Positions 1 to 10,105 are shown, numbered from the stretch's first letter. The stretch: 64,000 bases of DNA from Verrucomicrobiia bacterium (GCA_963664225.1 OY760937.1:2560001-2624000); one strand, 5' to 3'. Notes: generated by a model from the letters alone, not told the origin. A program made the numbers and translations.

Positions 1-296
1 CAGGTGCGTGGATCGCCGCCTGCGGCACAAACGCGGCGCAGCTCACCGATGCTGACGACATCGAAACCGCTGCCTTCGTTGGCCAGGGCGCGAAGAACCG
101 AGGCGTTGGAGTTGGCCTTGACCGCATAGCAGATCAGACGGGGAAGCGCCGAGAGGGCCTTGTCGAGCTGTTGGTAACGGCGAATGATCGTTCCCTGTGA
201 ATAGACGTACAGGGGTGTTCCTTCCTGTTTGGCCAGCGTCTCCAGCGAAACATTCTCGCAATTTAATTTTCCATTTAAATACTTAAATTCGTGCAT
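1..296 (-). CDS. lysA: Diaminopimelate decarboxylase, 5' part (runs off window start)
   Basis: Manual translation from ATG at 296: MHEFKYLNGKLNCENVSLETLAKQEGTPLYVYS...ICYAVKANSN...GSGFDVVSIGEL. Contains the PLP-lysine motif YAVKAN and the GTPLYVY motif. Not in the ORF track. Confidence 0.93.
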   Translation of the reverse strand, partial: MHEFKYLNGKLNCENVSLETLAKQEGTPLYVYSQGTIIRRYQQLDKALSALPRLICYAVKANSNASVLRALANEGSGFDVVSIGELRRVCAAGGDPRT

Positions 297-516
297 ATTC
301 TTCTTAAACTACAGCAATACTTTAGTTGCTGCCACTTCGCAAGGGATTCACAAAAGTGATCCATCCCATACTAAAAATCAATCCTCTTTCTGACGGAAAT
401 TAGCGGGATTTGTTCATCGTTGCATGAATTATTTCAAAATAAAATATGGCACGATGGGCAGTGTGTCCTACACTGAGACAGTTTTGCCTTGATGCGAGGC
501 ACGCTTGATTCAACCG

Positions 517-1623
517 CTATGCCGGGGTGGGGTCCCCGTTCTTGAGGACCTCGTCCAAGTGCTGGGTGCCGCGCATGTTCAGGTACACCGCACCGCCTAT
601 GAGGCTCCAGATCAGGAATCCCGCGTACGCGAGCAGCGAAAGCGCCAGCGCCTTGGTCGGCTCCACTGAAAGGGGGGCCACGGCCAGCATTTGCACGTAT
701 AAATTTTCCCGGAGTCCGAGTCCGCTGATACTTAACGGCAGGGACGAGATGCAAATGATCATGGGCACGATCAGGAAGAGCGCTTCAGGCGGGATTCGCA
801 GCTTGAGTCCGTAAGCCAGAACGATGACTTGAAGCACGCAAAAGGCATTCAGGACCATGGAGACGCCAAAAGCTTTGGTCAGGAAGGCCGGCTGTTTTCC
901 AAAGCCACGGCAAGCCTCCAGCGATCGCTCGAGCACCTCGCCCTTGGGCAGCTTGCGCAACCACGCACGCGCCCGGGGAAATCCGCGGGATACGCCGCCC
1001 CAGAAAGCCAGCACGACGACAACCGCACATGCCAGCGTCATGGCCGCCACAACCACGGCCACCCCGGCCAGGCTGCGGTGATCTGCCAGCAGCGCCCAAT
1101 TCCACGGCATCATCAGGCAGGCGAACACGAGCATGGCAAACAGGCCGATCAACCGGTCCACAAATACCGTGACCACGGCTTCGGTTTTTTGATGGCACGT
1201 CTCCCGCGCGGCATAGTAGGCCTTGAGAAGATCGCCGCCGGTGGATCCCAGAAGAAAGGAATTGAAGCATTGGGCAACCATGGAAATGGACGTGGCCCGG
1301 CCCAACGGGAGCGGCAATCCCACGGCCTTCAAAGCCATGCGCCAGCGGATGACACCCAAAAAGATCGTCATCCCCATCAGCGGCAGGGACAGGGCAAAAG
1401 CGCCCGGGCTGACCATACCAAGGGTTTTTAACAGGTTTGGAGGGCCAAGCGTCCAGCCGATCCTCCACATTTCCAACCGGCTCAAGGTGTCCCAAGGCTG
1501 TCCATTGCTGCGATAGGTCTCGCGGCCCTCGTTGACGAAGATGCAGTGGAAAACCCAGAGCAGCAGCAGCCCGCATAATCCCAGCCGCAGCAGCGGAGAC
1601 CAGTTGGGTTTTCCCAGTTTCAC
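517..1623 (-). CDS. Lysylphosphatidylglycerol synthase TM-region / UPF0104 flippase-like membrane protein
   Basis: Multiple TM helices; motifs RW, FN..L...GGD, DR..GL and P.S.SGLG.RE typical of this family. Confidence 0.8.
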   Translation of the reverse strand: MKLGKPNWSPLLRLGLCGLLLLWVFHCIFVNEGRETYRSNGQPWDTLSRLEMWRIGWTLGPPNLLKTLGMVSPGAFALSLPLMGMTIFLGVIRWRMALKAVGLPLPLGRATSISMVAQCFNSFLLGSTGGDLLKAYYAARETCHQKTEAVVTVFVDRLIGLFAMLVFACLMMPWNWALLADHRSLAGVAVVVAAMTLACAVVVVLAFWGGVSRGFPRARAWLRKLPKGEVLERSLEACRGFGKQPAFLTKAFGVSMVLNAFCVLQVIVLAYGLKLRIPPEALFLIVPMIICISSLPLSISGLGLRENLYVQMLAVAPLSVEPTKALALSLLAYAGFLIWSLIGGAVYLNMRGTQHLDEVLKNGDPTPA

Positions 1624-1624
1624 G

Positions 1625-2539
1625 TTACTCGGCGCCCCAGATGGCCCGGATATGCTCGAAGCCGGCTCGGACCGCTTCGCTCGGCAGGCCTGGATTGAGC
1701 TCGAGCACCTTGATGTGCCCGGGTTTTACAAATTGCTTTAGCGCAGCAAAATCGATAATCCCCTGCCCCGGCGGCATGTGATCGGTGCCTGGAAACTTCA
1801 CATCGTGAACATGGAAACCGACCAGACGGTCCGCCATGTTTTCCAAGTGCATGATGTGGTTTAGGAAACCGATGTTTTCCTTGATCTGGGCATGTCCCGT
1901 GTCATGCCAGTATCCGATGCAGGGTTCTGGAAAATCCTTCAGGAAAAACGGAAACTCGTCGTCAAAGGGGATTTCCTCCACTGCCTCCCGGTTTTCAATG
2001 CCCAGGAGCAATCCCCGTGATGCGGCCTCGGGAGCCAGACGGCGCAGCATTTCGGAGGCATACTGCATGTGTTTGGTCTTGTATTTGGCCCGTTTCTCAC
2101 AGGCTTCGAGACACAATTTCTCAAATTTTGGCGTTTCCTTGAGCCCGTTTTCGGCCATTTCCAGCAAACGGTCCGTGTAATCCTTCATGTCGATGGCGCC
2201 CATATGGAGCACCACCAAACGGGCCTTGAGGCGCTCAGCGGTTTCAAGGGTTTTGAGGGAATAACGCCAGGCGTTCTCGCGTTCGCGCTCTTCCAACGCG
2301 GTGAATTTGAAGATGTTGGGAGCGGCATGAGTCACGCCGATGGGCAGCGGACAGAAGTTATGAAGCGTTGAGATTTTGATTTCGCCGGCCTGCACCGCCT
2401 CGAAGATCCCGGGCAGGAGACTGATGCGAATGCCATGGCTTAATTCGGCATATTCAAAACCCAAGTCACGGATTTCGCGCAGCATGGCGCGACCATCCGT
2501 GTGACGACTGGAATTCCAGCACGAGGACAAGGAGTACAT
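1625..2539 (-). CDS. Sugar phosphate isomerase/epimerase family TIM-barrel protein (AP endonuclease 2-like)
   Basis: Metal-binding motifs GIEN, HDTGH, HVHD and DH.PPG.G.IDF. Confidence 0.8.
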   Translation of the reverse strand: MYSLSSCWNSSRHTDGRAMLREIRDLGFEYAELSHGIRISLLPGIFEAVQAGEIKISTLHNFCPLPIGVTHAAPNIFKFTALEERERENAWRYSLKTLETAERLKARLVVLHMGAIDMKDYTDRLLEMAENGLKETPKFEKLCLEACEKRAKYKTKHMQYASEMLRRLAPEAASRGLLLGIENREAVEEIPFDDEFPFFLKDFPEPCIGYWHDTGHAQIKENIGFLNHIMHLENMADRLVGFHVHDVKFPGTDHMPPGQGIIDFAALKQFVKPGHIKVLELNPGLPSEAVRAGFEHIRAIWGAE

Positions 2540-2586
2540 AAAAATAAAAAAACCGGGCGCCTCGGAGTGAGCGAACAGCGCCCGGC
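2540..2586 (-). terminator. Intrinsic terminator after rpsU
   Basis: Minus strand gccgggcgc...gcgcccggt stem followed by a T-rich tract. Confidence 0.65.
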
Positions 2587-2612
2587 TGAAATGCCAACTG
2601 ACGCAGAACCTT

Positions 2613-2810
2613 TTAGAGGTCAGCGTAACGAGCGCTCAACATGGCCGAAAACCGGGCAACCTTCATCTTACGACGACGGCGCTCGCTCGGTTTCTCATAA
2701 TAACGATGCCCGCGGACATCTTTCAACGTCCCTTCGCGGTCAATCTTCTTCTTCATGCGGCGCAACGCTTTTTCCAGCGACTCGCCTTTTTTCAGTTTAA
2801 TCTCTGTCAA
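2613..2810 (-). CDS. rpsU: 30S ribosomal protein S21
   Basis: TTG start at 2810 with GGAGAGGAG upstream. 65 aa: MTEIKLKKGESLEKALRRMKKK...YYEKPSERRRRK. Confidence 0.95.
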   Translation of the reverse strand: MTEIKLKKGESLEKALRRMKKKIDREGTLKDVRGHRYYEKPSERRRRKMKVARFSAMLSARYADL

Positions 2811-2885
2811 TTTAGTTTCACTCCTCTCCGCGACCTGACCTTCCGCCGCGCAAGGCGCCGGACCAGTCTTCAAGTCAGGCGGTCA

Positions 2886-2914
2886 AAGCTAAAGTGACCC
2901 GAACCCAGTGTCAA
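2886..2914 (-). promoter_or_regulatory. sigma70-type promoter of rpsU
   Basis: TTGACA-17 nt-TAGCTT on the minus strand, about 75 nt upstream of the start. Confidence 0.65.
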
Positions 2915-3097
2915 CGGGCTTTTTTTGGGGCTTTTTTGGATATTTGAACAATTTCGGCCTTTATTTCGAATAGGAGGGGGTCAGGGATGGGGTGCGAGTG
3001 GCACGGTTCATGATGCAAAGAGGGGCGGCGACTCATGGCGATGGAGCGATTCCTGGCACCACGTTGACTGCTGCAATGCTTTGATTATCAGTGTATT

Positions 3098-5512
3098 ATG
3101 AATTTGGTTTCAGTGAGAACCACCGGGAAAGGTGGGCGCGCGTCGCGCCTGTCGATCCTTTTGGCGATGGCGGTTGTGTGGCTCGGATGGGTGTGGGTGG
3201 CGGAGGCGCAACATCTTTATGATGTTGGGCAGAAGAATGTTACGTCGGAACAGGTGGCTGCATTGCAGGCCCGCCAGACACGCCAGAGCCGGCTGGAACC
3301 GCTGGGTGTTCCAGCGTTCAACCGGTTGACTGTTGGGTTGACTGCGATTGGTTCGGTTGACGTGTCCATCCTCCTGAGAAACGAGGAGTCCGGGCAAAGC
3401 GTCGTTCTCTCGGGATTCGCGCCCGGGTCTCGGGAGGTGGAGCTGCCGCCGTTGTTGCTGGCGGAACTCAAGGCGGGCGCTTTGGGCGAAGCCACCCGGT
3501 ACCGTTACGCGGTGATGGAAACCGGCAGTAACGGGACGACGAAGGTGAAAAGCCAGGCGGTCTTTGCGATGGCAAGGCAGGCACTCAAGCTGCCGGTTTT
3601 TAGCTACGGTCCCGCCAATGCGGTTAAATCGACGTCCGTCGGCGAGCGCAAGGTGGTGGGAGTGGCGAAGGCGAGGCCTCACGTGCTCATCGCGGATCAC
3701 ACCGATCCGGCCCTGCTGGAGAAAGCGGTCCGCATGGAGGAGGCGGCCGCGTATTACGTCTATACGTATCAACTGCCCGATGGTTCGCTCACCACCTACG
3801 ACGAGCAGCTTCAAACGGTGGGGATTCTGGGGACTGTCACGGGGAGTCTGACGTTCCAGATTTCTGCGACGGGTTCCACCGCCGCGCAGGATGCCGCGGA
3901 TACGTACGTGGCCGGCTTGTGGGGGACGCAGCTTTCCGGGCCGGTGCCGGTGACTGTCTCGATCACTTTTTCAGATTTCGGCGTCGGGAATGAGAAAGTG
4001 ATCGGACAGTCTCTTGAGCCCGCTGTTTACAAAAACGGAGGCATTTATTATCCGTCCGCCCTGCGCAATCAGAAGCTCGGTTATGATGTTAATAAACAGA
4101 TGGCCGACATTCGCCTGGAGTTTAACACGCATTATTCCTTTTACTATGGGACGGACGGCAATTGTCCCTCCGGCCAGATCGATTATCCGTCGGTGCTATT
4201 GCATGAGATGTGCCACGGTCTTGGATTCTACTCTTCCATCAATCCCACGACCGGCCAGTATGGGAGCAGTCCCTCGACGCCCTTGATTTTCGATACCTTC
4301 CTTTACTACAACGGAGCCCGGCTGACGGCGTCCTCCGCGACAACGCGCGCGGCGGCGCTGACCAGTAACGCGCTGTATTATGATGGCCCCAATGCGGTGG
4401 CGGCCAATGGGGGCAGCCGGATTAAAATCTACGCGCCAACGACCTATGCCTCAGGATCGAGCGGGTCGCACTGGGACGAGAGCATCACGTTTCCGACCTT
4501 CATGAAGTATGCGTATCATCAGGTCGTGCACACCTTCAATACCCGCAAGTTGGGGGTGATGAAGGACCTGGGCTGGACTCTGGCGTCCGAGGCCGTCGCG
4601 CCCGCGGCGCCCGCAAACGTCGTCGCGTCCGATGGCCTGACGGATCGGGTGCATGTGACGTGGAATGTTTCCACCAATGCCACTTCGTATAAAATCTATC
4701 GCTACACGACCAACGCCAGCGGGAGCGCCAGCCAGATTGGCACCGCTTCGACCACGAGTTTCGATGACACGAATGCCGTGCCCGGGATCACTTACTATTA
4801 TTGGTTGAAGGCTGCCAACGCGACGGGAGCGAGCGGTTTTAGTTCATCGGATACTGGAACACGCATCAGCCCGGCACCCCCGCTGCCGGTGGCACTCGAC
4901 GCGACGGAACTTACCTGGATGACCGGCGAAAACGTCCAATGGTTCTCGCAGTCGGCCATCACCCACGACGGGGTGGCGGCCGCGCAGAGCGGAGCGATTA
5001 CGAACAGTCAGGAATCCTCGCTTGAGACGACGGTGACTGGTCCGGGCACTGTTGACTTCTGGTGGAAAGTGTCCTGTGAGAATGGAGCCACCAATGATTT
5101 GGACTATCTCCAGTTTTCCGTGGATGGCGTGGAGCAGGCGCGCATCAGCGGGGAGGTGGACTGGCAGGAGGCGGGCTTTACCGTTGGAACCGGCACGCAT
5201 CAGTTGAGCTGGGTTTACCACAAGGATTCGTCAGGCAGCGCCGGTGCGGACGCCGGGTGGGTGGACGAGGTAAGTTATGCGCCGCTCGAGGTGTTTGGTT
5301 TTGAAGTCCAGGGCGGATTGTTGACGGCGACCAACGGCCTGTTGCAGATGACGGTGGTTGGGACAACGGACGCAACGGTGGTTTGGGAATCGTCCAGTAA
5401 CCTGCTGCAGTGGGCGCCCTGGGGGACCAATACGCTGACTAATGGTGTGCTGGACATGCGGATACCGATTGGCACGAACGATCAACAGTTCTTTCGTCTG
5501 CGGATGCCGTGA
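3098..5512 (+). CDS. Secreted zinc metallopeptidase-like protein with FN3-like and beta-sandwich domains and C-terminal FFRLRMP tail
   Basis: Signal peptide; VLLHEMCHGLGF (HExxH) plus SHWD; PAAPANV...YYYWLKA FN3-like segment. Confidence 0.7.
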   Translation: MNLVSVRTTGKGGRASRLSILLAMAVVWLGWVWVAEAQHLYDVGQKNVTSEQVAALQARQTRQSRLEPLGVPAFNRLTVGLTAIGSVDVSILLRNEESGQSVVLSGFAPGSREVELPPLLLAELKAGALGEATRYRYAVMETGSNGTTKVKSQAVFAMARQALKLPVFSYGPANAVKSTSVGERKVVGVAKARPHVLIADHTDPALLEKAVRMEEAAAYYVYTYQLPDGSLTTYDEQLQTVGILGTVTGSLTFQISATGSTAAQDAADTYVAGLWGTQLSGPVPVTVSITFSDFGVGNEKVIGQSLEPAVYKNGGIYYPSALRNQKLGYDVNKQMADIRLEFNTHYSFYYGTDGNCPSGQIDYPSVLLHEMCHGLGFYSSINPTTGQYGSSPSTPLIFDTFLYYNGARLTASSATTRAAALTSNALYYDGPNAVAANGGSRIKIYAPTTYASGSSGSHWDESITFPTFMKYAYHQVVHTFNTRKLGVMKDLGWTLASEAVAPAAPANVVASDGLTDRVHVTWNVSTNATSYKIYRYTTNASGSASQIGTASTTSFDDTNAVPGITYYYWLKAANATGASGFSSSDTGTRISPAPPLPVALDATELTWMTGENVQWFSQSAITHDGVAAAQSGAITNSQESSLETTVTGPGTVDFWWKVSCENGATNDLDYLQFSVDGVEQARISGEVDWQEAGFTVGTGTHQLSWVYHKDSSGSAGADAGWVDEVSYAPLEVFGFEVQGGLLTATNGLLQMTVVGTTDATVVWESSSNLLQWAPWGTNTLTNGVLDMRIPIGTNDQQFFRLRMP

Positions 5513-5792
5513 GGGGAGAGAATTATTTAACCGCAGAGAACGCATAAAACACATAGAAGGAGGGGGCGAAGACGCTGTGGGCCGCGGTAATAGCGCGGCA
5601 ACATTGTCATTGAATCAAATTGCCGCCCGCGTAGGGTTGGGGTGTTCCATGAGCGCCAATGGCATGTGATCCCGTTGGGAGAAAGTGAATGTGGGAAAGG
5701 ATCTGGGACCGGCGGGCATTGCCAAAGAGGCTGGCTTGTGAACAAAACAAAAGACGCATAACGCACCAGACGATGGGTAATCCATTTATAAA

Positions 5793-6284
5793 ATGTTACT
5801 ATTTCCGCACAAAATCCTCGGTAATGCGGCCAAGTTAGCAGCCTATTATTTTGCGAGAGTGCAAAACACGCCATCCTATGATGGAATTACGATCTCGGCG
5901 TTTCCAAAATATAATCAGGAGGAATATTACCAAGCAGTTGCCAAGTCCTTAAAGTTGATCGAAGTCATATCTCCCGTTAGCTATAATAGAGTCAAAAAGC
6001 ATATCGACATCATTTTCCTTTGCGATCTAAGGAAAGGCCAATCCAACTACTATTATAATCACAAATGCATTTGCATATCGATAGATAATATAACAAATAC
6101 TTTTTCTCCAAATAAAGTAATAGTTCAAATGATCGCATATTGGTTGATATACTCATCCGCTTCCGGAGTATTTAGGGCGAAGGGCTTAGGTTATTCGAAT
6201 AAAATGGTCGAACGAATCAGCAAATGCTGCGACAAAACTGGTCGGAGATTCATGGATCGGGTAAGAAATAGAATGGATGGTTAG
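5793..6284 (+). CDS. Low-GC hypothetical protein
   Basis: 163-aa ORF, visibly AT-rich relative to flanks; no family recognised. Confidence 0.55.
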   Translation: MLLFPHKILGNAAKLAAYYFARVQNTPSYDGITISAFPKYNQEEYYQAVAKSLKLIEVISPVSYNRVKKHIDIIFLCDLRKGQSNYYYNHKCICISIDNITNTFSPNKVIVQMIAYWLIYSSASGVFRAKGLGYSNKMVERISKCCDKTGRRFMDRVRNRMDG

Positions 6285-6403
6285 GGGTCAGAGCAAAACG
6301 TTACACTTTTGGCTGCGGGATCATTGGTTTCCACATTCGGGGATTGGAGTGGGTTTGACGTGGAATTTGCCTTCTGGATTTAAAGTGGCAGCGAGTTGCG
6401 GGT

Positions 6404-8485
6404 TGAATTGGGTGGTTTGGAAGGTGGACGAACATGCCGCTCCGCTGGAGCTTGAATTTCGTGGTTGTCGGATTTCTATAAACATGGCGCCCCTACGGAG
6501 CTTCTATTTGTGACCCATCGGGTGGAGAGGCACGCGTTCATTGGAATGGGTCTGCGACCCCTGCCGGGATCGTGTTGGCTGGGGTGCGTGTCCGGGGGTG
6601 TCAGTCGCGGACGACCTCGACCCCCGGCTAATCGCTGGCATCCCTGCTGGGATGCTTGGATTTCGTGGTAGTTGGATTTCTATAAACATGGCGCTCCTAC
6701 GGAGCTTCTATTTGCGATCCACCGGGTGGAGTGGCACGCGTTCATTGGAAAGGGTCTGCGATCCCTGCCGGGATCGTGTTGGCTGGGGTGCGTGTCCGGG
6801 GGTGTCAGTCGCGGACGACCTCGACCCCCGGCTAATCGCTGGCATCCCTGCCGGGATGCTTGAATTTCGTGGGTGTTCCGTTTTAAGAACATGCCGCTCC
6901 GCTGGAGCTTGGATTTCGTGGTAGTTGGATTTCTATAAACATGGCGCTCCTATGAAGCTTCTATTTGCGATCCACCGGGTGGAGAGGCACGCGTTCATTG
7001 GAAAGGGTCCGCGACCCCTGCCGGGATCGTGTTCGCTGGGGTGCGTGTCCGGGGGTGTCAGTCGAGGACGACCTCGACCCCCGGCTAATCGCTGGCATCC
7101 CTGCCGGGATGCTTGAATTTCGTGGTTGTTGGATTTCTATAAACATGGCGCTCCTACGGAGCTTCTATTTGCCATCCACCGGGTGGAAAGGCACGCGTTC
7201 ATTGGAAAGGGTCTGCGATCCCTGCCGGGATTGTATTGGTTGGGGTGCGTGTCCGGGGGTGTCAGTCGCGGACGACCTCGACCCCCGGCTAATCGCTGGC
7301 ATCCCTGCCGGGATGCTCGAATTTCGTTGTTGTCGGATTTCTATAAACATGGCGCTCCTACGGAGCTTCTATTTGCGATCCACCGGGTGGAGAGGCACGC
7401 GTTCATTGGAATGGGTCTGCAATCCCTGCCGGGATCGTGTTGGCTGGGGTGCGTGTCCGGGGGTGTCAGTCGCGGACGACCTCGACCCCCGGCTAATCGC
7501 TGGCATCCCTGCCGGGATGCTTGAATTTCGTGGTTGTTGCATTTCTATAAACATGGCGCTCCTATGGAGCTTCTATTTGCGATCCACCGGGTGGAGAGGC
7601 ACGGGTTACAAAGGGACGCCATGTGGGGTTGGTTGAGGGAAGAATGGAGGATGGATAGTCGAAAGTGGTCGCGGAATGAATTGGGTGGTTTGGAAGGTGG
7701 ATAAACATGCCGCTCCGCTGGAGCTTGAATTTCGTTGTTGTTTGATTTCTATAAACATGTCGCTCCTACGGAGCTTCAATTTGAGACCCATCGGGTGGAG
7801 AGGCACGCGTTCATTGGAATGGGTCTGCAATCCCTGCCGGGATCGTGTTGGCTGGGGTGCGTGTCCGGGGGTGTCAGTCGCGGACGACCTCGACCCCCGG
7901 CTAATCGCTGGCATCCCTGCCGGGATGCTTGAATTTCGTGGTTGTTGCATTTCTATAAACATGGCGCTCCTACGGAGCTTCTATTTGCGATCCACCGGGT
8001 GGAGAGGCACGCGTTCATTGGAATGGGTCTGCGATCCCTGCCGGGATCGTGTTGGCTGGGGTGCGTGTCCGGGGGTGTCAGTCGCGGACGACCTCGACCC
8101 CCGGCTAATCGCTGGCATCCCTGCCGGGATGCTTGAATTTCGTTGTTGTCGGATTTCTATAAACATGGCGCTCCTACGGAGCTTCTATTTGCGATCTACC
8201 GGGTGGAGAGGCACGCGTTCATTGGAAAGGGTCTGCGATCCCTGCCGGGATTGTATTGGTTGGGGTGCGTGTCCGGGGGTGTCAGTCGCGGACGACCTCG
8301 ACCCCCGGCTAATCGCTGGCATCCCTGCCGGGATGCTTGAATTTCGTTGTTGTCGGATTTCTATAAACATGGCGCTTCTACGGAGCTTCTATTTGCGATC
8401 CACCGGGTGGAGAGGCACGCGTTCATTGGAATGGGTCCGCGACCCCTGCCGGGATCGTGTTGGCTGAGGTGCGTGTCCGGGGGTG
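6404..8485 (+). repeat. Tandem array of 204-bp composite REP-like units (8 full, 2 partial) in two blocks
   Basis: Unit marker tttctataaacat at 6473, 6677, 6930, 7134, 7338, 7542, 7746, 7950, 8154, 8358. Hairpins GCTCC-TAC-GGAGC, CCGGGGGT...ACCCCCGG and CATCCC-TGCC-GGGATG in each full unit. Confidence 0.95.
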
Positions 8486-8756
8486 TATGGAGGGAATCGT
8501 TTGAATGGGAAATAGAATGATCGTGGGCGTTACGAATTGGCGCAGGCAATCGGATTATCGAGAGGGTTGCAAATATTCAAGCTCCCCTTGATTCGAATGC
8601 TGCGCCGTCTGAAGACGGGACTCCATACAAAACCCTCGGACGCCGGGCGCCAGTAGGTATGGAGTGGAATATGTGTTCCGATTCAGGGCTGGTTGAGTCT
8701 CCAATGGCGTTTTATTGTATTTCCGCGGACCGGAGGATGCAGTTTTGCGCCCTGTG

Positions 8757-8923
8757 AGTTTGAGACGGTTGGCGGATTGGAAATCCGCGATACGGCAGGA
8801 TGTCTGCGCTACGGGTGGTGAAGCGCAATTTCGCTCCAGTCTGTGGAGTCCGCTGCCGACTTACATTCCATGGAGCGTCTGATAGTTCGCTCGATTGCAG
8901 GTTGGAAACCTGCGAAACGGCAG
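8757..8923 (+). repeat. REP-like units of the ...TCTGCGCTAC family; the last is split by IS110 copy 1 and resumes at 10121
   Basis: Same 129-bp unit as at 17833-18158 and 19356-19502. Confidence 0.85.
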
Positions 8924-8931
8924 CAACGGTG

Positions 8932-9870
8932 TCATGGAGCAACACAGAATCTGGGATCTTTTAGGGCATGATTCATCAATACGATGAGTTTCCGCATCAC
9001 TGCTGTCAGCGCCACTTTGGGCTTCTTGCCCGCCGCCCGCAGCCTCTTATAAAAGGCCTTGAGGATGGAATTGCAGCGCACCGCTGCCACGGAGGCCATG
9101 TAGAGGGCGCGGCGCACCCCGGTCCGGCCGCCACCAATGTGACGCTGGCCTTCCCAAGGGCCGCTCTGGCGCACCCACGGGGCCAGCCCCGCCAGGGCTG
9201 CCGCCTGGCCCCGGTTGAGGGTTCCCAGTTCGGGCATCTGCGCCACTACCGTCACGGCCGTCAGCATCCCCACGCCGGGAATTTCCGCCAGGCGGGTGAC
9301 TTGTTTTTGCTCGACGGCGTGGCGGGCCAGGGCGGCGGTTAATTCGGCCAGCACTGCGGCCAAACGGCTTTCCAGATGCCGTATCAGCTTGGCGTGTTCG
9401 GTGCGGACGAAGGGTGAGTCGTGGTGTTCGGCCTGATTTTTGGCGATGGTCAGGAGATCTTTGAGTTGTTCGCGCCAGGTCACCAGGGCGGTGAGCTCAG
9501 TGTGGGCTGGCGTCGGGGCGGTGGTGGCAGCGGGCTCCAGGGCCTTGCCGAAGGCGCTCAGGCTGGCAGCATCGATCGGATCGCTCTTGGCCCGCTGGCC
9601 GGTGGCGCGGGCGAAGGCACGGGTCTGGGCCGGGTTGACCACGCTGACGGGTAAACCGGCCGTGTGAAGTGCCGCCACGACGGCACGCTCATAGCCGCCA
9701 GTGGCTTCGAGGATCACGTGGGCACCGGGCACAGCACCCAGACATTGGACCAGTTGTGTGTGCCCCGCCGCATCGTTGGTCACGTCCAGGAGCCGTCCGG
9801 GAAGGTGAAGTTGGAGAGTGGCCTTGGCGACGTCCAGACCGACATGGACAGGGGCGGATTTTTCAGTCAT
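8932..9870 (-). CDS. IS110 DEDD recombinase/transposase (312 aa from MTEKS)
   Basis: GLDVAK, LEATGGY and KSDPID (DEDD); IPGVG, RQSG (catalytic Ser region), GGR..VR.ALYM and A.MRKL. Confidence 0.96.
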   Translation of the reverse strand: MTEKSAPVHVGLDVAKATLQLHLPGRLLDVTNDAAGHTQLVQCLGAVPGAHVILEATGGYERAVVAALHTAGLPVSVVNPAQTRAFARATGQRAKSDPIDAASLSAFGKALEPAATTAPTPAHTELTALVTWREQLKDLLTIAKNQAEHHDSPFVRTEHAKLIRHLESRLAAVLAELTAALARHAVEQKQVTRLAEIPGVGMLTAVTVVAQMPELGTLNRGQAAALAGLAPWVRQSGPWEGQRHIGGGRTGVRRALYMASVAAVRCNSILKAFYKRLRAAGKKPKVALTAVMRKLIVLMNHALKDPRFCVAP

Positions 9871-10105
9871 AATATTAAAGTTGTTCGGACTCATTCTTGC
9901 AAATACGAGCTGGCGTTGTAACACGCCGCTCTGGTAACGGTTCGAGTTTCGGACAAAGGCGAGCGCGATTCATGCTGCCGTACGGTCTGGCTTTCACCAG
10001 ACCAAGATTGGAACGAACACGCGTCCGCCGTCCCTTCCCCGCCTGCAGGCGGGGAAGGGACACCACTTCTTTCTTGTTCAACGCGAACCAACAAACAAGT
10101 GGCAA
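9871..10105 (-). ncRNA. Predicted IS110 bridge RNA, copy 1 (ends approximate)
   Basis: 5' hairpin (perfect 32-bp palindrome 10030-10061). Target loop: TTCCAATCT (10013-10005), stem GGTCTGG/CCAGACC, ACGGCAG (9981-9975). Donor loop: ACCGTTAC (9941-9934), stem, TGCAAG (9901-9896). Confidence 0.85.

Noticed and set aside
297..516. Lysine riboswitch upstream of lysA
   Set aside because: AT-rich intergenic DNA in which I could not see the conserved core or long helices; an Rfam scan would settle it.
2998..3070. sigma54 promoters (two TGGCAC hexamers)
   Set aside because: Neither has GC at the required GG-N10-GC spacing.
6404..8485. CRISPR or TIGR-like guide array, or repeat-protein genes (ORFs 6965-7636, 7676-8467)
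   Set aside because: No variable spacers. The ORFs follow from the 204-bp (68-codon) period and appear in several frames on both strands.
9871..9924. Extended recombinase N-terminus from the ORF track (330 aa)
   Set aside because: It overlaps the predicted donor-binding loop; ATG 9870 places the first catalytic Asp at the usual position.
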